Origin: Cyanidioschyzon merolae
Taxonomy: Eukaryota
Assembly (NCBI GenBank): GCA_000091205.1
Contig: AP006495.2
DNA: 64,000 bases
Direction: 5' to 3' (one strand)
Shown: positions 20,677-30,441 of the stretch, one piece after another
How the letters are laid out: each line of letters opens with the position of its first letter
Position numbering within the stretch: position 1 is the first letter of the stretch
Notes under the pieces: model-generated
What the model was told of the DNA's origin: nothing
Databases searched by the model: none
What the model saw: only the letters and a program-made list of their open reading frames with translations
Program-made: the position numbers and the translations under genes

Positions 20677-22035
20677 ATGGAAGCCGAACAAGACTCGAGA
20701 CTGAAGGATGCGCTTGGCAACCTCCACAGAGCAGGGAAAATAGCTCACGTTGATCCCGAAGTCCTCAAGGTGCTCTCGAGTCCAAAGGAAAGCCTCATTA
20801 CCGCAGTGCCGGTGCGTATGGACTCGGGGAAGCTCGAAGTATTTCGCGGGTACCGCGTCCGTTGGAACGATGCACGAGGTCCGACTAAGGGAGGCATTCG
20901 TTTCCATCCGTCCGTTTGTCTCGATGAAGTGAGCGCGCTGGCCTTTTGGATGACCTTTAAGTGTGCGGTTGCAGATATCCCGTTTGGTGGTGCCAAAGGC
21001 GGCGTGGCCTGTAACCCCCGTCAGCTCTCTCCGAGCGAACTGGAGCGCCTCAGCCGCTCATATGGGCGTAGTATTAGTCTGGTAATTGGCCCCGATCGGG
21101 ATATCCCTGCACCGGATGTCTACACGAACACACGCATCATGGGATGGATCATGGAAGAGTACGAACATACGCATGGCGGAATCCGACAGCCAGCCGTGAT
21201 AACCGGCAAGGCGGTTGCCCAGGGTGGGTCTCCAGGACGCGACGATGCCACCGCTCGTGGTGCCTACTACCTCATCAAGGAGATGGAAACGAGCACACAT
21301 CGTGAGCTGCTCTCAGGCGCTAACGGGCCGATAACGGTAGCGATCCACGGTTTCGGGAACGCTGGCCAGCACATCGCTCGCTTGCTAGCCCACGATCGCA
21401 AGTACCGCGTGGTCGCAGTGTGCGATAGTCGGACGGGCGTCTTCTGTCGTGAGGGCGTCGACGTCGATCGTTGTGTTGAGGTGAAAGCCGAGACCGGTGC
21501 ACTGGACGCCGAGCGCGTTGGACACGGAGCCACTAGCCTGGAACCCACGGCATTGCTGCTGCTTTCTGTGGACCTCCTGGTACCGGCGGCAATAGAGAAC
21601 GTGATTCATTCAGAAAATGTTGGCCAGATTAAAGCGCGGTTGATCGTTGAACTTGCCAATGGTCCGGTGTCTCCGGAGGCGGACAGAGCTCTCGCCTCGC
21701 GGAACGTGGACGTGATCCCGGATATCCTTGCGAACTCGGGCGGTGTGATTGTTTCCTACTATGAGTGGGTCCAGAGCCGCACCGGCCAATGGTGGAGCGC
21801 TGAACAGGTCCACGAGCGTTTACAGGCCAAAATGGTCCATGCGTACCGGGCTTTGTTCGAACTGCTTCAAAGGATTCGCGCATCGCCGACGGGGACTGCA
21901 TCGGCGGAGACTGACGGGGCACTGGGCGCGCTCACGTTCCGCGATGCGGCCTACGTACTCAGTCTACAACGCATTGCGGCTGCGATTCAGGCAACAGGGG
22001 GTAGTGCCTTTTTCGAAAAACGCAGCCATATGTGA
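20677..22035 (+). CDS. Glutamate dehydrogenase (Glu/Leu/Phe/Val dehydrogenase family, GdhA-type)
   Basis: 452-aa ORF with ATG at 20677. Contains GPTKGGIRFHP, the active-site region IPFGGAKGGV, and a Rossmann motif GFGNAGQHIARLLA. Confidence 0.85.
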   Translation: MEAEQDSRLKDALGNLHRAGKIAHVDPEVLKVLSSPKESLITAVPVRMDSGKLEVFRGYRVRWNDARGPTKGGIRFHPSVCLDEVSALAFWMTFKCAVADIPFGGAKGGVACNPRQLSPSELERLSRSYGRSISLVIGPDRDIPAPDVYTNTRIMGWIMEEYEHTHGGIRQPAVITGKAVAQGGSPGRDDATARGAYYLIKEMETSTHRELLSGANGPITVAIHGFGNAGQHIARLLAHDRKYRVVAVCDSRTGVFCREGVDVDRCVEVKAETGALDAERVGHGATSLEPTALLLLSVDLLVPAAIENVIHSENVGQIKARLIVELANGPVSPEADRALASRNVDVIPDILANSGGVIVSYYEWVQSRTGQWWSAEQVHERLQAKMVHAYRALFELLQRIRASPTGTASAETDGALGALTFRDAAYVLSLQRIAAAIQATGGSAFFEKRSHM

Positions 22036-22876
22036 GCGTCGTTCAGAGGATCCGTTGGACAGGTTCCTACGGGACCTCTGCGAGTCGTAAATCCGTAGCT
22101 ATGGTATCGATTTGCAGCTTCGCAGATATCGAGATTTGGGTGCCCTGTCATCGGTTGCGCAGCAACGCTCCGCCCATGACGAGAGCGCCACCGACGAGGA
22201 CCAGTGTGGACGTTGGAAAGTCTCTGCGGACGATGGCGGCGCATGTCGTTGTCCAGCAGCGTACTCTGCGGCGATGCGCACCGCACACTCCGTAAACGAT
22301 CCGCTCGCGCAGATGAACACATCATCTCGCCTGGATGCAATTTGCGAATATCGAGGACTATCCGTGGACATCAAAACCCACCTCAGCTCACTGGCGTACA
22401 ACATCAAGGGTTTACGCAAGCCGTACCATGAATCAAATCCACGCAGAGGCGACGGCACCAGCGCGCGCCCCTGTTTCAACACGATGTCTGACGCAGCGTC
22501 GCCAATGAGTCGATGCAACAGCCTCCATCCAGCGTCAACAGCCAACAGGCATGGAAGATGATCCATGATGGACAGAGGATGCGAAGCAGGTGCAGTCGCC
22601 CGGTTCGTGCCGAGCAGTCTTTAGGGGTATTGCAGCGGTTGCGCCAGCATCGCTCACAAAAAACGAAAGTCAGGGTGCAGCTGATGGCGGCACAGGTTAC
22701 GGCTGGTTTGGCGGCGCGAACTTATTGTATCCCGCTGCATAGATCAGAAGCGCATCAAAGCTTGCTCCTCATCAGGCAAAGCGCGCGCCATCTCGTATTC
22801 GACCAAGTCGACTTGTGCAGAGAGCGAGTACAGCGGCGGGTCGCCGACTGGCCACCCGCCGCTCCTGTTCAGGCGC

Positions 22877-23146
22877 TCACTTGGCTCCCGCTTCTGAAGT
22901 TGTCGCTACTGCTTGCTCCGCTTGCCCCTCCTCCTCAGGTTGCACGCCGATTTGTTCCATTAGGTCAGTGATGCTCTTTTCCAGTTCATCAATGCGGCTC
23001 GACATGTCTTCGATTCGCGATAAGATCGTGGAACTCATGCTCTCAAACCGTGACTGCATCTGTTCCAAGAGCTTTTGGACGTACTCAGTGAGATCCTCAA
23101 CCGGCTCCTGCAACTCTGACGTATTTGTCTTGTTTTCTGTTGCCAT
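22877..23146 (-). CDS. HSBP1: Heat shock factor-binding protein 1 (HSBP1-like)
   Basis: 90 aa from the ATG at 23146. DLTEYVQKLLEQMQSRFESMSSTILSRIEDMSSRIDELEKSITDLMEQ closely matches the HSBP1 coiled coil ([46 protein letters not shown]). Confidence 0.75.
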   Translation of the reverse strand: MATENKTNTSELQEPVEDLTEYVQKLLEQMQSRFESMSSTILSRIEDMSSRIDELEKSITDLMEQIGVQPEEEGQAEQAVATTSEAGAK

Positions 23147-24849
23147 CGTGTCTGAAAGGTGCCTATAAAAAACGTTCTCGCGCGCGAGCAAGGCGACGAA
23201 CGCTCAGCGCAAGGTCGTCGTCGACAAGTGCGTGCAGGCGTACGCGCGCCGGCTCGCGCTTCGATCGCTGGCGGGTTCCAGAGGGCGCGTATACCGCTGG
23301 TGCCTGCCCGGCGCCTTGGCTGGCTGGATCGCCCCAGGTCGACTGCCTCCCAGCCGCTCTTGCTATCTTGTCATTGGTGCAGGGTCGATGACGCGTACGA
23401 GACCCGCCGGATTACGCTGGCGTAGCCGATGATGCGTACACGAACTGCGCCAAGAGCCGTTTGATGCTCGTGCGTACCACGACGCCTCGAGGGGTGTCGC
23501 TTTGAAAAAGGCACGCTCAATAGGTCAAGCGGGTGTCTGGATGCCGAACTAAACACGTCAAGCTCCGCGGTGGATCCGGTGGCACGCTCAGTGCAAGGCG
23601 CGGTTGCCACACGCAGGCCAGGATACCAAGCAACTGTGAACAGTTCGCGCGCTTCCCAGCTTGAGATATTTTTTGGAACACTTTCTTCGATGTGCAGTCT
23701 CGATATCCAAAGTGGAACAGTAGGGGCTAACGAATGCCTCAATTGTTTTAGGAGCCTCGACCGTCCTTTCGAAGTTGCCTTGCTGCTAGAGCTTGTTGCG
23801 TCACCGAAATGAAAATGATTCGCAATGCCTCCGAACAAGGATTCGTAAACGAACCGATAGCTTTCTTTCATTCATCCGGACACGCCTCCACTATTCTCCT
23901 TTTCTGACGTGTGAGATGGTAAAATCATGCATTGTTCAAATGTTCGATCTTTATTTTTCAACTCAACTCGATCCTATCCACACTGACTGCAGTCGCATGC
24001 TTTCTCGCACTGTATAGCAGCAGATCAAGATCAAGATGCCATGTACCATACAGACGGTAGAAGAATTGCCTATAGGATCCATTCTTTACTGGACAGTGCA
24101 AGGGGATTGCATTTCTATCTCAGGTCAGTCATGTAACAGTACTCAAATTGTTGAAAGACTCGGCAAGAAAGAATAAGATGCGGTCAACGCCAAAACCGAT
24201 ACGCTTACGGACCGCTCGCGGTCCATGGTAGGAAAACGACCCGTTGATTACCTTACGGAAAGCAAAAATCAACGATAGTGTACACCACCACTGGCGTCTC
24301 TGCTTCCCAATAGCTTGTTCGTGTGGTCCTGAGAACACCTGGAAACACTTGTAAAACAGTCCCAGGTCATGCACGGCCATTCGCCACAGAATTCGCAACT
24401 GCAGAAGAGTTCCCGGAGCTTTGCGATCGGTATGAAGCAAATGGACAACGCTTTATTCTTTCAGTCGGTTCGATCTGCTTCGGACGAACCAGTCGGAGCT
24501 TGTATGGGTATTCGCATCGAGGCAGATCGTTGTATGTACGATCGAACTGGAAGCGAACGATGGCGCCATCTGTTCTAGTTTTAATGGGTTCATTGAGCGA
24601 CCTCTGTCTTGCTCGTGGAGCAGAAACATCCAACAGCACCAACCGCCTTGTCGAATAATAGAAGACTCTTCGCTGACGTACGGCGACTTTATTGGTCAAC
24701 GTGGCATTTGACAATCCGCCTTGCGTTCGAGCTTTTGGGAATTCTATCGGAATAGAGCTGATTTTCATTCCTCCGTACGCTCTTTAATTCAACCGCAACG
24801 AAAGAGTGCTTTCTACTGTGAAACGTAATCATCGGTCCACCGGGCGAGT

Positions 24850-26300
24850 CGCCGAAGCATCCAGCACACTGTGACACACCCGGGCACATTTCGTGGTCCT
24901 TCCGCAGGTCCTTCACCTTTGGGGAAGGTCCTCACCTAAACGCATAAAATAGTGCATTCATTTTCAGGAAATAAAAAATCGATGGTATGAGTTTGGATGC
25001 ACACTTCAGAACAAAGAGATGGAGAAGAGCCAGCGGAGCGCTTCGGTGATAGAAAAGCACCGAGAGCTGACACAGAACCAAATGACACAGAGTGAACGAG
25101 TTCTAGGAATCCTTGCATTGGTGGGTTCACGCAGCGACGATAAACGCATGGAGTTCGTGATACGAGACCTCAACGCTGCCATCAATATCCGACGATATGC
25201 AGAGCTGAAGACGAAACCCGCAGAGCTGTAACGATCCAACTTTATGAGGCGACCTATTAGGATCGAAGTTTGCAACGAGAAACTGAAACCGACAACAAGC
25301 AGCTGATCGAAAACGACTGGGTGGCGTCTGCACGTGGATACGCATCTACCCTACATAATCGTGCGACAATTTTTGTTCCACTGACCACATACCATGTCTG
25401 AATAACTTTTTGGCGTCCTCCTGTGACGACTCGTCGGCAAGCTCACGCAGAAATTTCACTGAACTTGTCAAGTCAAATACTCGATTCCATTTGAAAGACA
25501 ATGCCTTCTCACTTGGTTGCTATCGATGGAACCACGGTCGACTTCAGTTCGACAAATCCCGGGAGATACGCACGCAGTGGCTGTCTTCTCTTGTATTTGC
25601 GTGGAAAAGGTCTGGGGCGCGGACTCTAGTCACAGCGGTGATCTCTTCGGGTGCAGCGTGCGTCACGACTTCGCATGGGCGGAGCGTAGACGAATCGAAT
25701 TTTCTCGACTTGATCTCCAGCATGGATTACCATACCGGCGCTCGTTTCATCATGGACAAGCTTGCGTTCCACAAATCCTCTTTCGAATGGGACAGCGTGT
25801 GCTTGGTCGTCCTACGGATATTGAGTTCGCCACGGGCATCGCCCTAAACAAGTCCATGATCGTTGGGTCCGGCAACTGGCTGGCGCGGAAACCTTCCAGG
25901 ACGTCGCGGGGAGCCTTCTGGATCCGTCACGGGCCTGTGCCGGGCGATGCAGCGAGCGGTCACGCACCGCAGGGCGCCAATCTGAGGACGACAAATGGAG
26001 AATACACTCGAATGCCTGACTACCGACGAGTGGCACTGCTACGAAAGGCGCATCCGGGCTCTATACAAACAAGCGAAAAACGGCTGGCGAGGCGTCGATC
26101 GCAGCATTCGCCTGTGCATGGAAAACATGAAAAACATTCGAAAACAGCGTGATCAGGAGTTTAGCGCTGCCACGAACATCTTGCGACTGCTGAAAAAAGA
26201 GCTGGAAGCACAGGAGAGACTGGGGCATTTAAAACCTGAAAAAAGATACCCTCAAAGGGAACAGTTGGAAAAAGTCTGCAAAGGCTGGCATTGATAAAAC
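24850..26300 (+). mobile_element. Internally deleted Fanzor-family element (copy C): 5' segment, then frameshifted Fanzor 3' fragment, then degenerate R1/methyltransferase-like region
   Basis: 24985-25391 aligns at nucleotide and protein level to aa about 536-650 of the full copy. 25393-25810 aligns to 1140-1560 and 18000-18300. Confidence 0.55.
24985..25391 (+). pseudogene. Fanzor/TnpB-like C-terminal fragment (RuvC-III: IRDLNAAINIRR), frameshifted
   Basis: GCTLQNKEMEKSQRSASVIEKHRELTQNQMTQSERVLGIL...MEFVIRDLNAAINIRRYAELKTKPAEL aligns to the full copy's [40 protein letters not shown]...[16 protein letters not shown]. The downstream frame is shifted (RSNFMRRPIRIEVCNEKLKP). Confidence 0.6.
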
Positions 26301-26779
26301 CGGGAACAGACTCAAACTTTCGTTCACGCGCCCGAGCTGGCGTGCCCGTTCCGCTGAGTTTTCACCTGGGTGCTTAGCTCATGCACGAACGCGCTAGGAC
26401 TCGTTCAGAAAACGGACCCCTCTACAGACGCACCTCATGGAAAACCCCATGCTCACCGGGGCGCCGTCTTACGTCTCAACCCAATGCTGCCTTTTGCTGC
26501 GTTTCGCTCTCCAATCAACCTACGCCTCAGGCGATACGCCCATGAGCGCAGGTAACAAACCTACAATCGAAGCGTCTAGGCAGCCGGCAGCGTTGCGGTC
26601 GAGAGGGTGTCCCCGTGTCGCTCGGCCAATATCGTCCATAAATATACAACATAGAACAACCCATGAGGCTCCAGCTCCGATGACCTGCCTGCGAGCGATC
26701 CATTCGGCGTGCTTCCTGCGCGAACGATACCCGTCGAACAGCAGTGAGGGTGTTTCAGGTAACCGCGTCCAAGGGCACT

Positions 26780-27343
26780 ATGGTAAGCTGTGTTTTCTTC
26801 GTGTCTACATTTCATCCATATTCTTTGAATTGGCAACCACGAAACGCACCGCTTCTGCGCAGAGAAACGCTAACCCGGCGACCGACACCTGTTGTGGTGC
26901 AACGACGCGCGAACGGAGCTGCGCTGCCGATTCGGACCGAATGGAGCGGCTGGACGCGTCCTGAAAGCGGCGTGCGGCGTATGCCTACGAACATGCCCCG
27001 TGGACGCTCCAGGAAACCGTCATTTAGCCCAACTGGAGGCGGCGCTACGACACTGGAACGGGAGGCTGTGCGGGAAAAGACAACGGCAACCAAGGGTGTG
27101 GACCCCGGCAAGAAGTACAAGCTACTGCTGTTTAATGACGAGAAGAACACGAGGGAACGTGTCGTTGAGGTGCTCCTCAAGTGCATTCCGGGTCTTTCCA
27201 AGCTGGATGCACAGTCCATTATGCAAAAAGCACACACGACGGGCATGGCACTCGTCGGTGTCTGGGTCTTCGAACTCGCGGAGGCGTACTGCGACCTGCT
27301 GCGCTCTGAAGGCCTTGTCTCAGATATAGAGCCAGCTGAGTAG
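26780..27343 (+). CDS. clpS: ATP-dependent Clp protease adaptor ClpS-like protein with an N-terminal (probably organellar targeting) extension
   Basis: C-terminal core KKYKLLLFNDEKNTRERVVEVLLKCIPGLSKLDAQSIMQKAHTTGMALVGVWVFELAEAYCDLLRSEGL is ClpS-like. The start is uncertain: the ORF opens at 26744 (GTG) and the first ATG is at 26780. Confidence 0.65.
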   Translation: MVSCVFFVSTFHPYSLNWQPRNAPLLRRETLTRRPTPVVVQRRANGAALPIRTEWSGWTRPESGVRRMPTNMPRGRSRKPSFSPTGGGATTLEREAVREKTTATKGVDPGKKYKLLLFNDEKNTRERVVEVLLKCIPGLSKLDAQSIMQKAHTTGMALVGVWVFELAEAYCDLLRSEGLVSDIEPAE

Positions 27344-27534
27344 CAAGCGATTTGTACAGTATTTGCGCTACGTTGTCCTTTATCCGGCATCGATCCGAGA
27401 ACGGGTAACGCAGGGCAGAGCGCTCACCGAGAGGTATTCGCGTGCGTGCGCACGTGTATTCCTGGTGTGTCGTCTCCGAGCCGCCACCATGAACCGCGCA
27501 CGCTTCAGCTTCCTTCGGATGCTCATTGCCGCAG

Positions 27535-28329
27535 CTATCGGGCACTTTGCTGAGATACCAAGGTGCTTAGACCACCGTCTACCGCCAAGACCTGCCCCGT
27601 GATGAACGGATTCTCTATGAGCAGGACAATGGCGCTCGCCACCTCTTCGGGACGTCCGATTCTACCTAGCGGATGAAGCACTTCGCTTGCTTTTCTCGAT
27701 GCTGGTCGCTCCGTGATAAACGATGCAAGTGGCGTCTCCGTCATACCCGGTGCTACACAGTTGACGCGGAGTCCACGCGGTGCGAACGACGCGGCTGCAC
27801 TACGGGCCATGCCTATCACCCCGGCCTTTGCTGCTGCGATCGCTTCATGGTTCGGTAGCCCGTGCATGCTCACAGCACTTGTACAGAGAGTAACACTCTT
27901 GTTCACCGGACCGTCTCCCGTGGACTGGCGGAGGCGCGGGAGTTGTTTACAGGCCGCTCGCAGGACGTAAAAGGCGGAAGCAGTATTCAGCTGTAGCGTT
28001 TCCTGCAACAGCTCGTCGGAGACTGAGGTTATGGGCTTCAAAACGATAGAACCTACGCAGTGCGTCACGTGGTCCAGCGTCCCGTGCTGATCCAGCGCCT
28101 TTTTAAACGCTTCCTCAACCGCTGCAGACTGCAAAATATCCGCAGCGTGAACAGTCGGCGCGCCTGTGTCGCTAGGGCGCGACCCACCGAGCTCGCCAGC
28201 GAGTTGGTCCAGTTTCTCCTTGTTTCTTGCGACTAGAACTAGCTGGTGGCCTCGCTTATGAAGTAAGCGAGCCGTAGCAGCCCCAATTCCACCTGTCGCT
28301 CCGAAAATAATCGAGACTGGACCGGCCAT
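27535..28329 (-). CDS. Short-chain dehydrogenase/reductase (3-oxoacyl-ACP reductase-like SDR)
   Basis: 265 aa from the ATG at 28329. Shows the TGGIGAATARLL cofactor motif, NCVAPGMTETPL and a C-terminal ITGQVLAVDGG. The upstream part of the 400-aa ORF is non-coding leader. Confidence 0.8.
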   Translation of the reverse strand: MAGPVSIIFGATGGIGAATARLLHKRGHQLVLVARNKEKLDQLAGELGGSRPSDTGAPTVHAADILQSAAVEEAFKKALDQHGTLDHVTHCVGSIVLKPITSVSDELLQETLQLNTASAFYVLRAACKQLPRLRQSTGDGPVNKSVTLCTSAVSMHGLPNHEAIAAAKAGVIGMARSAAASFAPRGLRVNCVAPGMTETPLASFITERPASRKASEVLHPLGRIGRPEEVASAIVLLIENPFITGQVLAVDGGLSTLVSQQSAR

Positions 28330-29709
28330 GGCAATGTGAAACAGGGAATAGTCTCTGAAAATGAACGTGATTGCTCTTGAGCTTGATCTCGGCACTGGCC
28401 GATGCGGCCGCGATGCAGCAGGTGCTTGCATTTGCTCGGTTTTCGAGAACTTCGGGTCTCGCCAGCTGCATTGATCAAGAACAGCGACACCAAAGCATGG
28501 CAAGCCAGGTACATATGCTGACCACGAAAGCGTTCGGACAGCCGGCAGCGAGGATCCCGAGTTCAAGAATTGTCGCTCTGGACCAAGGCGCTTGAGAGAG
28601 GTCCGCGCCTCGAGGCTGAACGTGTGCTGGACCTGCGTTGCGTCAAAATGGAACACTAAAATGCTCGCTCTCTTCCTGTCTTTCGAGTTTTCCCAAAATT
28701 TCTCACGTATTCTGCATCGATATTCGGAATGGAGCAACTGCGGCTCATGGAATCAAATAAAGCATTAGGATTCTCGGTAGTGGGTTCAGGATGGATTCTT
28801 CGACTTTTTGCCGCTTGAGTTCGTGATGTCATCGGGATCGAGATACTTCGCGAAGCGAACGAACGTGGTGTCGTAAAATAATCGATATCGTCATCCGATT
28901 CAGGAGTATACGTCTACGCACGTGTCCGCTCCGTACGAGTTGCGTACCCGAATCAAACAGTCTTGAAGTTTTCGCTTTTCTAGATGCAAAGCGAGTCGTG
29001 TGCACAGCGATTCGCGTCGCTGGATTGACGAGGAGGAAAGATGAGCGTCGTCCCCTGATGACTTGTTAACAAGAACATGTCGAAAGTTCGCAGAACTCGT
29101 CACGTCAAATAATTGATTCCAGTCGGAAGGCAAAGCTTCTTCACTCTGTGCGGTAATCGACGGAACGGCACGCTACAGCAGCGCGACACGTCTCCGGGGA
29201 TAAGCTCCCAGACGCTCTCATCAGCTCTGTTTGCATGGGATAGGTCTAGGACGCTGACTTGAGTCATAGAAGCAATCGCTTCTTTCGAAGTGTTCGTCAA
29301 CGCTTTGCACGAAGGAAGCCTTGACGAAATGATACTTCTCGAGTACAGCGCCAACATGGATAATCCGTTCAGTCGGTTAGCTCGTCATGAATAACATCGC
29401 GTTCGACAAATTCTCTATTGACTGGAACAGTGCGCCTGCAGCCGACGTAGTACTCGCCGAGGGAAACGCTCAGACAAAGTCCGTGATCGTCGGCTGCGGC
29501 ACCGGATGCGGAATGCGAAAAGGACATCGCAGGGAGACTTGCATATCCACCAGGGGTAAGTATGGAGCGATGAAGGAAGCGGTGACGCGCCATCAGGCGG
29601 CATTCGGAGAATGAGGTGTGATGCACATATGAGAATCCACGACCAAAGCCAAGTGCCATCGTTGCGAGAAGCGAACCAGGGAAATATACAAAGAAGATGA
29701 AAATGGCAA

Positions 29710-29960
29710 GCGAAGCGGAAATCGCAACCGTGGGCTTTACATGTCACGCGTTGACAATAGCAGGAATCAGCGTAATCGGGAGTTTAAAGCCGCCATCAAC
29801 ATCCTTCGATAACTGTCAACGGATTCAGAGGCACAGGAGGGACGGATCCAGTGAACTCGATAACTACTACAGAGGAACAGGAAGCAGTGGCAAACGCAAC
29901 CCGCGTAGTCTAATGTTGATAATATTGGGTAGAGAGTCAAAGTGTCATGTATATACGCTA
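29710..29960 (+). mobile_element. Short decayed Fanzor/TnpB-like remnant (copy G) with a RuvC-III trace
   Basis: One frame reads NRGLYMSRVDNSRNQRNREFKAAINILR*, resembling [33 protein letters not shown] of the full copy. Downstream, ggaagcagtggcaaacgc resembles ggaagcagtagtaggcggcc. Confidence 0.4.
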
Positions 29961-30294
29961 TGGGTAGCGGAACAATTCGATACGAATCTTCCGTGGTTGC
30001 AGTGAGCTGGGAGCGTGCCCAGTCGATAGCCTTCGCTGACCGGTTGCCTGAAATCCGAGTCCCTCCGCGGTCCGGCGCTCGCCTTATCCAACGAACATGC
30101 ACCGCGATACGCGTTTTCGCTCTTCCAAGTGACGTCATACCTCCGAACAAGGGTTATCGACCCTGTGATGCAGTCGCCAGAGAACAGTTCTTTGCGGGAA
30201 CGTGCGAATATCCCCAGCGTCGCAAAGGCGAGTCGACCTGACCGGTCCCGCTTCTGCGGCATGATGCGGACTAGTTCCGCATTTTCCAAGCGCC

Positions 30295-30441
30295 GCGCAT
30301 GGTTCAGAAACCTTGAATGACAGTGTTTCAAGGACAGGTCTGAGGTATGGTACACACTTTTTACATGTATCCTGAACGTCGTGCATGGTTCAGATACGTT
30401 AAATCACAGTGCACAAAGGCCAGGTCTGGGGTAGAGTTGCG
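30295..30441. repeat. Tandem duplication, 2 x about 86 bp
   Basis: gcgcatggttcagaaaccttgaatgacagtgtttcaaggacaggtctgaggtatgg at 30295 repeats as gtgcatggttcagatacgttaaatcacagtgcacaaaggccaggtctggggtag at 30381. Confidence 0.7.

Noticed and set aside
960-26300. Tandem segmental duplication of a roughly 12-kb unit as the explanation for the alternating 4.5 and 7.5 kb spacing of repeat copies
   Set aside because: The genes between the copies are unrelated to each other (transporter, ATPase and GT49 versus GT-like, GDH and HSBP1). The copies themselves differ in structure and divergence, so independent insertions or decay are more likely.
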